Shown here: positions 47,540 through 58,629 of the stretch, piece by piece | Position numbering within the stretch: the stretch's first letter is position 1 | How the letters are laid out: every line of letters starts with the position of its first letter | Source: Cladosporium halotolerans | Taxonomy: Eukaryota | NCBI RefSeq assembly: GCF_011745625.1 | Contig: NW_027191458.1 | Span: forward strand, 186,001 to 250,000 | Reading direction: 5' to 3' | Length of the DNA: 64,000 nt | Position numbers and translations under genes: made by a program | The notes under the pieces: generated by a model | What the model was told of the DNA's origin: nothing | Seen by the model: only the letters and a program-made list of their open reading frames with translations | The model's database searches: none

Positions 47540-49378
47540 ATGGGACTCTTCGTGTTGGAAGACAGACACCTGGAGCATGTGCCTGGTACGGCGACGCTGG
47601 ACGATCTGGACGAACAGAATGCAGGCGCGCAAGAGCATGGTATACATGGAGACCTCAAGAAGAGCAAGAACGGCACAATACTTGTACCGCAACCTAGCGA
47701 TGACCCTAACGGTGGGTGCAAATGCCGTTCCACCGCGCAGGCGATATGTATCGCCTCACCTTCAACGCGCGACTGACATCCAGATTATCCAGACCCTCTC
47801 AACTACCCTCTCTGGCGCCGCGACTTGATCACTTCAATCCTCTGTCTCGCTTCTGTCATTGCTTCTACGCTCTCACCCCTCTTGGCAGCCAACACTCTCT
47901 CCATGGTCCTCTACTACAACAGCCCCGCTTCACCTGGTGATCCGCGCCCACCCCAGCGCTCTTTCACCGACGTCGCTCTGCTGACCGGTCACCACCTTCT
48001 CGGCGTCGGCGTCGCAGGTTTCGTCTTTGTGGCCTCTGCTCGGATATGGGGCAAGCGCCATCTGTACCTGCTCGGCACGGTGATAATCATCGTCAGCTCC
48101 GCCTGGGCCGGCGCCTCAGGGCGCAACTATGGCAGCCTGCTCGCGGCACGCTTCTTCCAAGGCGTCGGACTGGCCCCTTTTGAAGCCCTCGTCAACGCCA
48201 GCGTCGGCGACCTCTACTTCGTACACGAGCGCGGGAAACGCATGGCAGTCTCCAACCTAGCAGTCTTCGGCGGCGCCTTCCTTACGCCCGTCATCGTGGG
48301 CAAAATGACCGCCTCGCTCGGCTGGCAATGGACGCACTACTTCGTGGCGATCTTTGCAGCCGCCATGCTGCCCCTCCTATTCCTGCTCGTGCCAGAGACG
48401 GCTTTCAAGCGCGACGCGAAACTCGACACCGACACCGCCATGATCACCGCCTCCACCCCAGACACCACCCACACCGACAAACGACCCCAAACCGCCACCA
48501 CGCCCTCCTCACCCCCCAACTCCCCCCCACCCCGCCCCGTCCTCTCCCTCCACCACCCATTCTTCGCCCCCCGCCTAACCCCCACGCCCTTCCCCAAACT
48601 CCTCCTCCGCCCCTTCCCCCTCTTCCTGCACCCCTCGATCCTCCTCTCCTGCCTCCTCCAAGGAACCCTCATCGGCTGGACCGTGCTCATCGGCATAGTC
48701 CTCGCGGCCATCATGATCGGCCCGCCCCTCTTCTTCAACGAAGTCCAAACAGGCTACATGTACACGGGCGCGGCGCTCGGGGCGCTGCTGGGCTTCGTGC
48801 TCGCGGGCGCGCTGGCGGACAGCGTGCCGCGCTGGCTCGCCAAGCGCAACAAAGGCGTCTTCGAGCCGGAGTTCCGGCTGCTGCTCGTCGTGCCGCAGCT
48901 GCTGCTGGGCTGCGGCGGGCTGTACGGGTTCGGGGTCACGGCGGCGGACACGGGGCGGTACGGGTGGTTCTGGGCGGACTTCTGCTTCGCGCTGGTGGTG
49001 GCGGGGATGGTGCTCGGGGCGGTGGCGAGCGCGCTGTACGTCGTCGACGCGCACCGGGAAGTCGCGGTGGAGGGTTTCACGTGCCTGCTGGTGTTCAAGA
49101 ATGTGTTTTCGTTCGGGCTGACGTTCAGTGGGTATGAGTGGCTTGTGAGGGGGGGCGTGAAAGAGGTTTTTGTGGCGGTGGGGAGTGTGCAGGTGGGGAT
49201 TTGCTGTTTGGCGGGGGTGTTGTGTGAGTGCTTCTTTTCTTCATTTTGTCTTTTCTTGAGTTACCGTGGTTGTTGAGGTGTGTGCTGACATACGGTGATC
49301 CACGCAGACGTCTTCGGCAAACGCAACCGCTCTTTCTTCGCGCGGCACGACATCCTCGACTTCTTCCACTTGAAATGA
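47540..49378 (+). CDS. MFS transporter, HOL1-like (DHA1-related); exons 47540-47711, 47793-49223, 49308-49378
   Basis: HVPGT, ILVPQPSDDPN-DPLN, WGKRHLYL, VGDLYFVHERG, PET, GVFEPEFRL, FKNVFSF, YVFGKRNR; both introns keep the frame. Confidence 0.9.
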
Positions 49379-49465
49379 CCGTTCCATAATACAACAAGCG
49401 ATATGCTACAAATCTATTAATAAACAAAATCTATCCCAAAACACCCCCTATCCCTTTCCCATATA

Positions 49466-49613
49466 TTACAACTTCGACCTCAAAACCTTGACAACAAAAT
49501 GCGGGCCCCTCGCCGCGATAGCCTGCTCGGTCGCCTTGAGCACCTCGTGCACGTCCATAGCTCGTAAGGGTGCGGAGTCGTCTTCGCTATTGGAGTCTGA
49601 GGCTTGTCGGGAT
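49466..49613 (-). CDS. GPD1: Cryptic alternative terminal exon of GPD1 adding 48 aa ending in PTS1 (-SKL)
   Basis: Donor GTGAGT at 50068, branch CTAAC at 49641-49637, pyrimidine tract and TAG acceptor at 49614. Splicing is in frame and ends ...VVKVLRSKL-TAA. Confidence 0.8.
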
Positions 49614-50064
49614 CTAAGAGGGGAGAGAGGGGAGACGTTAGCGAGGTGCAAAAGGAGAAGCCAGCGTTGCAGGGCGAGGGGTGTGGAGGAGACGAGACGA
49701 GACGGGGATGGAGAGGCTGGATTCCTGGCTGGCGGGGCTCGAGTCTTGCGAGCAGCGACGAGCGAACAAACGAGACGGAGACGAAGAGAAGTTATGAATG
49801 AAGGAAAGACGGCTCGTTCAGTCATATGTTCGTGCGTGAAGCTTGTGTTTGCGTTTTTCATTGTGTTCGTTTGTCTCGTTTGCCTTGCCTTGCTTTGCCT
49901 TGCCTTGTCTCGCATCGTATGTGCATGCCGTCTGGCAGCGTCTCCCGCCGATGTCCCGCGTCTCGCGTCTCCTGTCTCCACTCCTGCTCTTCCGTAAAGC
50001 CATGATAATGCATGCACGCATGTCGTCAAATGTCAAACAAGCAACATCGGGGGAAAATCAGCAC

Positions 50065-51576
50065 TCACTCCATCTCCCTCTGGCCCTCCTCGATCAGATC
50101 CGGAATATCCTTCGGCTCATTGACGCCCTCCAAAATGTTCCTCACGGCCGTGAAAAGCGGGAACTCTCTCTCGCGGCCCTCCTTCTTCAAGAATGCATAG
50201 ACCTCGTGCGCCGTGCTCGTGCCCTGCAGCTTCTGCCCGTTCAGCTCCCGCGCCTCGATCTCGTCGATGCTCTTGCCCTCAGCGACGCTCATCTTGGCGC
50301 AGCGGAAATTGCGGCCGCCGGAGCACGACGTGATGAGGTCCGCAACGCCGCAGGACTCCTCGGTGAAAGTCTCCGTGCGCGTCGAGGCGCTGAAGAAGGC
50401 CTTGCCGAAGCGCACTTCCTCCATGATGCCGACGCGCATGACGGCGGCCTTGGCGTTGTCGCCCCAGCCGAGGCCGTCGACCCAGCCGGCGGCGAGTGCC
50501 ACGACGTTCTTCAGGGCGCCGCCGAGCGAGACGCCCGCGACATCGTGCACCATGCGCACGTGGAAGTAGGGGCGGTGGAAGAGCTTCTTCATGTTGGCGT
50601 GGTGCAGGGGCGGGAACTCGCTGGGGAGAGGCTGGAGTTTGGGGCCGGAGGTCTTGAGCTTCTTAGACTCGGGCTCGGCGCCGTTGAGCTGCGTGAGGTC
50701 GAGAGAGCTGGCGTGCGGCGTGCCGACGGGCGAAGGGTGCTTGCTGTCCATCTTGGGCGGGTCGTAGGCGACGGTCGTCTCGCTCCACTTCTCCTGCGCG
50801 ACCTCGTTCGCGATGTTGGCGCCCGAAAGCGCGCCGCAGTAGATGCCCAGTTCGCGGCCGATGGACTCGGAGAACAGCTCGCAGCCGCTGTCGTTGACGG
50901 CCACGCCCTTGATGCAGCTGATGCCGCGGGCGTAGGGGACGATCTTGCCGACGATGCTCTGGCAGGTTTTGGCGATGAACTGGTGGGGAAGGTTAAAGAC
51001 GAGGATGGTGGCATCCTGGACGGCCGTGGCGAGGTCGGGGTGGGCGACGATGTTCTGGGGCAGCGCGATGCCGGGGAGGTACTTGACGTTCTCGTGCAGG
51101 CCGTTGATCAGCTCGGTGAGCTTGTGGGGCTTCGTGCAGAGCGAGGAGCCTGCGTCGTAGTGCTTGCTGTTCTTGGGGATGCTGTATTCTTCCTCAAACA
51201 CCCACATGCGGACCTCCTGCTCGAACAGGTCCGGGTTCTCCTGCACGTTCTCGCCAACGACCTTGGCGATTGTGGTGCCCCAGTTGCCAGAGCCGACGAT
51301 AGCGACGCGGTGCTTCTTAGAGTGCACGCCGAGGCCGGCATTGTTGTTACTGTTGCTCGCCATATTGAGGAACCGTGCTGTGTTAGAGAATCGTGGGAGG
51401 GAAACAGAGGGGTAGGCGAGGAGAGGTCGAGCTCCCGGCGAGCGAAAGGTTGAGGAACGCGATAAGGAGCTGGAGCTCTTGTTGAAGCAGGTGAATCGAG
51501 CAGCAGACGGTGTATGTGTAGCGGTGTTGGTGATAGTGGTGGAAGAGAAGAGGCGTGTGTGTCTCAGCAGCGGCAT
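50065..51576 (-). CDS. GPD1: NAD-dependent glycerol-3-phosphate dehydrogenase; second in-frame ATG at 51363
   Basis: [78 protein letters not shown]. Confidence 0.97.
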   Translation of the reverse strand: MPLLRHTRLFSSTTITNTATHTPSAARFTCFNKSSSSLSRSSTFRSPGARPLLAYPSVSLPRFSNTARFLNMASNSNNNAGLGVHSKKHRVAIVGSGNWGTTIAKVVGENVQENPDLFEQEVRMWVFEEEYSIPKNSKHYDAGSSLCTKPHKLTELINGLHENVKYLPGIALPQNIVAHPDLATAVQDATILVFNLPHQFIAKTCQSIVGKIVPYARGISCIKGVAVNDSGCELFSESIGRELGIYCGALSGANIANEVAQEKWSETTVAYDPPKMDSKHPSPVGTPHASSLDLTQLNGAEPESKKLKTSGPKLQPLPSEFPPLHHANMKKLFHRPYFHVRMVHDVAGVSLGGALKNVVALAAGWVDGLGWGDNAKAAVMRVGIMEEVRFGKAFFSASTRTETFTEESCGVADLITSCSGGRNFRCAKMSVAEGKSIDEIEARELNGQKLQGTSTAHEVYAFLKKEGREREFPLFTAVRNILEGVNEPKDIPDLIEEGQREME

Positions 51577-52315
51577 AAATGGAAGAGTAACAGTAGCAGG
51601 CGCAGCTGCTCTCGCTCGTCGCGCCTTCCTCCTAGGGCGAGGGTCGATGGCGTCGGGCGTCGTTGAGGGCCAGAAAATCTGCGGGCCTGCGCGCCCTGCA
51701 TGACGTTGGACCGAGGCTGCAGCGGCGCGCGCGCGTGGTGCGCCCCTTGCAGTCTGACCACCGAGCCACGAGAGCCACTCTTCGCTTGGCCCGTCTATTC
51801 CGGGCGAGAAAGGGTGCCTGGGTGATGATCTATTGCGTGGCGAGACCTGTCGCTTTGACGTGTCTCGTGACAGGACGGGATGTCACGCTGGCCTATACCG
51901 GAGGATGTACCTCGCCTTAGCCTGCATGCATGCATGATAGAGATCGCCAGACCTTACCTCAGCCCTACAGAGACCCGGTACTCGGCATGATGTATAATCG
52001 CCTATACCCGCATCGCTCTAGATCACGGCAACGAGCAAACCCTACATAAGCGACGACCCGCAGGCTAAGCTATACCAACAATTCGAAGCCACTCAATAGC
52101 CGACGAAGTGTTCCTTCTAATATGAGTAAAAAATGTAGTTACTTGATACACAACACGACCAGATGAACCGCAGACCTCGGAGTCCGGATCTAAGTCTAGA
52201 AATCTATAAAACCAAGTAGGTAGCATCTGAGATATGGCCCCAACATGATCCGGCCTAGATTGCTCCCTTCCGTCTTCGCTTCTTTTCTTTCTACGAATCG
52301 CTTCAAAATACAATC

Positions 52316-55300
52316 CTACTCAGCCTTGGACCTCACCTGCTTCACCTCCGCCTTCTCCATGAAAAAGCTCCTCTCCGCCAACTTCAGCAGCTCATCGATG
52401 AAGATGATCGGCGCGCTCCACCACAGAACAATCTTCCACTCGCCCCAGCCGAGCGGCACGATGCCGAAAACGCTCTGCAAGATCGGCGTGTAGAGCAGGG
52501 CGAAGTGCAGCGCCATGGAGAGCGTGATGGCGTAGACGAGGATCATGTTCTTCCAGAGCGGGAGGGTGAGGAGGGACTCAGAAGACGAGAGGGCGTTCAT
52601 GGCGTTGAGCATTTCGATGACGACGAGGATGGACAGCGAGACGGTCGAGGCGGCGCGCGCGGAGCTGTCGGAGAAGATGTGGCAGCCGATGGAGGGGAAG
52701 ATGGCGCTGCAGCTGTGGAAGTGGGTCTGGTATGTATGTTAGCAAGAGTGGTGGGTAGATGGAGGAGGCTCGTGTTTACTTACCAACTGGTAGAAGGAGA
52801 TGTTCGGGCCGTGCTGGTAGTACATGAACCACCAGGCGTAGCCACCAACAGTCGCCAGACCGACGTAGGTGCCGATGACCATGTATCTGAAGAAGAGCCA
52901 GCCGCTGATGAGAGGGTCGTCACGCTTTCGCGGCGGGCGGTTCATGACATCGTGATCCTTCGGGTTGAAGCTGAGCGCGGTAGCGGGCAGACCATCGGTG
53001 ACCAGGTTGACCCACAGGAGCTGAACAGGGATGAGAGCCTCAGGCATGCCAATAGCAGCGGTCAGGAAGATAGAGACGACCTCACCGATGTTGGAAGAGA
53101 TCAGATAGCGGATGAATTGCTGAGTGTTGTTGTAGATGCTGCGACCCTCCTCGACGGCAGATTCAATCGTGGCGAAGTTGTCATCGGCAAGAACCATGTC
53201 GGCGGCGAGCTTGGCGACATCAGTACCGGTACCCATGGCAACGCCGATGTCACTCTTCTTGAGAGCAGGAGCGTCGTTGACACCATCACCGGTCATAGCG
53301 ACAACCTCACCAGCAGACTGCAGAAGATCGACAAGCTTGCTCTTGTGTCCAGGCTCAGTACGAGAGAAGAGAGAAGCGGTACGAGCAGCCTTGAGCTGAT
53401 CAGCCTCGCTGAGAGAATCGAATTGACGTCCAGTAAAACTCTTGCCAGTGAGATCTTCCGTGGGGCCAAAGACACCAATCTGTCTGCAGATAGTCTCGGC
53501 GGTGTTCTGGTTGTCACCAGTGATGACGACGACACGAATACCAGCCTGGCGACACTTGACGATGCTGTCTGCGACCTCCGGACGGGGCGGGTCGAGCATG
53601 CCAACGAGACCAAGAAGGGTCATGCCCTGCTCCAGTTGCTGGTATTCCTGAGTGCTCTTCGCACGCTTGGCCAGATCCGAGGTGACATTGTCGATGCTAG
53701 CCAAAGCCATGACACGAAGACCTTGCTTGCCGTACTCGACAACTTCGGTGTTTAGAAGTGAAGCCAGCTTATCATTCAGAGGAACACGCTTGCCGTTGCT
53801 ACCAGTGAGACAGTGAGTGCAGCGGTCGAGGATCGATTCCGGCGCACCCTTGACGAGGAGACGCTGACCTTTGCCGCCATTGACGAGAACAGACATGCTC
53901 TTGCGGTCTCTAGAAAATTCGAAAGTCCTAAGTTTCTCGGCACGCTTGGTGTATTCAGCGCTGGCGAAGTGGCGGATTTGCTCGGGTCCGAGCTGAGCCT
54001 TGGTCAAGTTGAGGGTTGCATCAGTGGTGCCAATCTTCTCCGCGAGAGTCCTGAGAGCGCCCTCGGTGGGCTCACCAATGTTGTTGTATGTCTCAGTCTT
54101 AGGGTCGTAGGCGAGTTCAGCGTCGTTGCAAACCGCAGCAACCTCGGTCATCTGGGCGACAGTGGTCGAAGTAGCAGCAGGGTGGTCGATGACCTTGCCA
54201 GCCTTGGAGACCGCACCGATAGGCGCAAAGCTAGTGCCCTCGACATCCAGTTCCTCAAGGTCATTGCCAGCCTCATTGACGTACACGATCTTGTTCACGC
54301 TCATCTGGTTGGTGGTAAGAGTGCCGGTCTTGTCAGAGCAGATCACACTACAACTGCCGAGAGTCTCGACGGAGGGCAGGCTGCGCACGATCGCGTTCTT
54401 CTTCGCCATAGTCCTAGTACCGAGGGCGAGGCAGGTGGTTATGACGACCGCGAGACCCTCAGGAATAGCAGCAACACCAAGCGAGACGGCGATCTTCAGA
54501 TAGTAGATCGCACCCTTGGTCCAGTTACCTCCAAAAGAGGGGTCGTTGAAATGACGGATGTTGATCAGCCAGACGAGGATGCAGATAGCGGAGATGACCT
54601 TGGCAAGCTGATCGCCGAAATCGTTGAGCTTCTCCTTCAGAGGTGTGGGCTGCGAGATCTGGGCAGTGATGCTTTCGTGGATATCGCCAATAGCGGTGTT
54701 GGTGCCAGTCAGGACGACGATAGCGCGGGCATGTCCAGTGACAACGGTGGTGCCGGAGAAGAGCATGTTGATCTGGTCCTGCTTCACAGCCTGCTCGTCC
54801 TTGATCGCATCCACATCCTTACCAACACTTTCACTCTCACCAGTCAGGATAGACTGATCGATGCGGAAGCTGTTGCTGCTGATGCTCAAGACCCTACAAT
54901 CGGCGGGAACACGGTTGCCGACTGCGATATCCACGACGTCACCGGGGACGAGATCCTCAGCCTTGACAGATTTGATTGTTCCATTGCGAACGACCTTGGC
55001 GTGGTTCGCGCTGTACTCTTGCAAGGCCGCAATGGCCTTCTCAGCCGACGATTCCTGGCTAACGCCGACGACGGCGTTCAAGATCAAGATGGTGAGGATA
55101 ACGGCGGGGTCGACGAAGGCGGTCCATCCCTCCTCCTCTTCAAAAAGCGCGAGGACGAACGAGATAGCAGCGCTGGCCAGGAGAATGATAACTAGCTGAT
55201 CTTTGAATTGTTCGAGAACGAGCTCCCACAGGGGAGTAGGCGGTTCCTCGGGGATAGCTGTTGGTACATTAGCAAATGCTTCTTATTGTTCCCAAGATTG

Positions 55301-55431
55301 CATGATTGCCTACCGTTTTTGCCGTGCTTCGATCGCGAGGCCTCGACCTTGCTATCAGATAATCCAGTATGCTCGGTGACACCAAAATGGGCCAGAACAT
55401 CGCGCGGCGAGCGCACATATGCGTTGTCCAT
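52316..55431 (-). CDS. P-type IIA Ca2+-ATPase (SERCA-type, NCA-1-like); exons 55431-55314, 55257-52784, 52726-52316
   Basis: [84 protein letters not shown]. Confidence 0.96.
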
Positions 55432-57954
55432 CTTGCTCTACTCTAGGCCTTCGGGCGGGCCTACGCTTCGTAGTGTCGAATTCCCAGTCGCGAAAGCCGA
55501 ACGACGTCGGTTCTGGGGGAAAAGAGAAATGGCAGACGGGCCAAAAGTCCGACGGGCAACGTGGTAGGATGCGGGTGGTGTAGCGATTAGCGAGCGGACG
55601 TCACTCGGAGGACTAGCAGCGATTCACCACCCCGCCGCGGCCGACAGGCACCACCTGGCTTTTTGTAAAAGCCGATCGGCAACCCTCAAGGGCTCCGCCG
55701 AACCTGCAGCGGCCGCTCCCGTGTTCAGCCTCCTAAGGCCGAGATCTTCAGACCATTTGACTTCCTCAAGGCTTGCAGGGTCCATCAATATTCATTGAAA
55801 GTTGAAAATATTCAACCATCAATATTTCCCGCGCCTCAATCCACGAGTGACCAACATCAAAGCTCTTCTACAGCCCCGAATATCCATCAACCCGCCATCT
55901 GCAGGCCAGAAACACGCGGAAACCCTTGTACCCCAGACCTCAGCCCTAACAGCTTGGCACTCATCATGCACGCCCGCGCTATTGCAGTAGCAGTTCCTAT
56001 TGCACCGACTACGACCCACTCAACCTCCTTCGTCCACCAAGTTTCGCGAAGCTCACCCGCCCGGTCCGCGCGGTCTTGGAGATATCAGGAAGTTTCTCGT
56101 TCCCCAAGCTCACTCCGCGGGGCGACTTGACGTGACGCTGCAGCGGATTCATTGGATTGAGCATAGCGTTTGCGTAGACGTCACGACTGCTGTCTTGGAA
56201 ACGTAGTCACGTTCTCGAGGAAGCGCGTTGTGCTCCCGTAGTGACGTGGTTCACCAATCCTGGATCATGGCAGGACAATGCCAACCATCGATCACGTCGC
56301 TGGAGCCGCGCTTGGCATACTTTCCTGAACATGCACTCTCGGCTCGGATCCCGAGTACTGGGCGCCACTTACGCGTGATCCGTTGACTATAGAGGACGAT
56401 GTGATGTTGAAGGTCTCGAGTAATCGACATGTGTCCTGTTGAGACAGGATGGTCACGGTGATATGTCTTGGCGATGTCTATCTGCAAGTGCCTGAAAAGC
56501 TGCTGGATCATGGCTGCCAAAGAAACATCACTCATGCGGGCCTGATTCAAGGCGTCCGTGTATTCATTCCAGAAGATGAGTTTAGACGCAAGTCTGATAG
56601 AGTGCGTTCCATGACGTTTTTTAGTAGATGTACAGGCTGCCACCCAATGGCCCGAGCAATGGATATCTTGCAGCCGCACTGGTTGTAAATGCTTTCGTCG
56701 CAAGGCTTTCTCACTGAGGCTGGCGTGTTCCACAACCCAGGATTCTTCCACAAGTTCATACCAGTCCTGCATGGATGGAGTGCTTGTTCGAAGCTGTGCT
56801 TCACGGCACCAATAGCTTCACCGCAGCCGAGTAATCGAAGTATGACCTTACACGGCTGGTCCGATCCGTCCTTGGAATTTATCGGAACTAATTGAAAACA
56901 TTTTCTCCAAGACTCTCTATAATCTTGAGTGGCTGTAGGTTTGTTGCGAGGTCACTGGACGCAAATGTTGGGTCGCAGTTACTTGTGCGCGAAGCACTAA
57001 TCTTTTTCGCTTCGAAGGCACGTCAAACGACTGGCTGTTCACTATCAATGACCTAGGCCGAACCTTCTGCTCCCAAAAGATGAGCCCCCACTCAAGACTG
57101 GAACAAAGTTCAATTGTATGCTGCTAGGAGTACATGTTAGGGAAAGGTTGAAGTCCTTGGATAGCCAGTCGGACTAATTTCTCGTGCTTGAGGTCACCCT
57201 GGCTTTCGGTCCGCGATTAGAACTCCACGGTGATCTGTTGCTTCTCCATGGATCGTTCGGGATCAGCTTTTTGCTTGATTGAAAGTGAAGCATTGTCACA
57301 TCAAGGGCATACGGATGCTGGTGCAAGACGGGCAATGTAAAAAGCATCGCCTGGTTTGCTTTGCCTTCCTTTCAACTTTAATCTTGCATCTTTTCCCACG
57401 TGCATGCGCCGATTCGTTCGTGTTGACATGTTGGAGGATGCGACTGGAGACGCAAGAGGGCATCAAGGAATGATCGGAAAGAGAGACGTATGTTTCCTGC
57501 AATATTTTGCTGATACTGGCGTTTCACCTCGCTTGCAAATGATGCTGGTTGCACTTCTCGCGAGATCATTCATTGGTCACGTGTTGCTAAGCAAATCAAG
57601 CAGCAGTCGGTGAAGCTTATTTGACGTCGGCTTCATTAAAGTGGATCTTGTAAAAGCGTGGGTTGGATTACAGTCGGAGGATTCAACGTTTCCACATAGA
57701 TCGGCGGTGCAGTTGCCCTACAAGACTAAGCGTCTGTGACAAGAGAGGATTGAAACGGTAAGATAGAAGTATCGTCGCTTCTGCTGAAGCGCGACCCTTT
57801 CTCACCTTCGCGAGCTGAAGCTACCGGCTCTCGATACCACCTTTTGCCTCATATTGCGATCAGTCACACCTCCTATGTGCCTCAGATAAATTACGAAAAC
57901 TTGATCTTGGTCGACGTCTCCAACTCGCTAAATCCTTGGCTATCGTACGCAGCC

Positions 57955-58341
57955 ATGGGCGAGAAACAGAAGCCTTCAGCTGGGCTTACTCTGGTCGAGC
58001 TCGACTTTTGTTTCCAATACTGCGCATTTGTGGACTCTCGCTCAGATCTCCAACCAGGAGAGGATGAGGTTCGAGCTTTCTTGCGTCGCTCCATTCTGCC
58101 GACAGATGTACGATACCCTGCCGAATGGTCTAGCGACGAAAGGCTTCGCGACGAAGCTGCGGATCGGTTTTTGGGACTTACACGACATCTACAAAACCCG
58201 AAGACGGACGTTGCGACACCATCGATGCTGGATCTCACGACGTTAAAGCGCCTGGCCTGGTTCTTCCTTGTTGGCTTTGTCGGGAATGGAGTACTCCGTT
58301 ACGTCCGTACGAGCCAGGCTTCGACCGCGGAGCGTGCCTAA
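57955..58341 (+). CDS. Possible small lineage-specific protein (128 aa) or gene remnant
   Basis: ATG in good context (GCCATGG) and protein-like composition, but no family recognised; lies in a lower-GC, ORF-poor region. Confidence 0.25.
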   Translation: MGEKQKPSAGLTLVELDFCFQYCAFVDSRSDLQPGEDEVRAFLRRSILPTDVRYPAEWSSDERLRDEAADRFLGLTRHLQNPKTDVATPSMLDLTTLKRLAWFFLVGFVGNGVLRYVRTSQASTAERA

Positions 58342-58629
58342 AAAGGCCGATCGACTTATGTCGATGGTTGCACGGCAGTGCTATCCCATGTTTCTCACTT
58401 CGGAGGCAAAGCATACTCAACGAATGACTCCAGATGCCTGGGACCGTCGGTAGCAACCGTGGGAGATACGATCTCACTCCGATCGACCGAACGCAGTGTC
58501 TTGGTTTGCCCAAGATTGCATGCCTTCGACGTGTGTTCTCTTACAGACATCCAAAGTACAAGGTCTCTGTTACATCTAGAAACAACACACAAGAAAGACA
58601 AAGCTCCAATATTCGTTCCAGCAACTCTA

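Noticed and set aside
49843..51453. 536-aa antisense ORF over GPD1, and similar long antisense ORFs over the CipB-like, AA10, GDB1 and Ca-ATPase genes
   Set aside because: Shadow ORFs produced by high GC3 codon bias in the real genes on the opposite strand.
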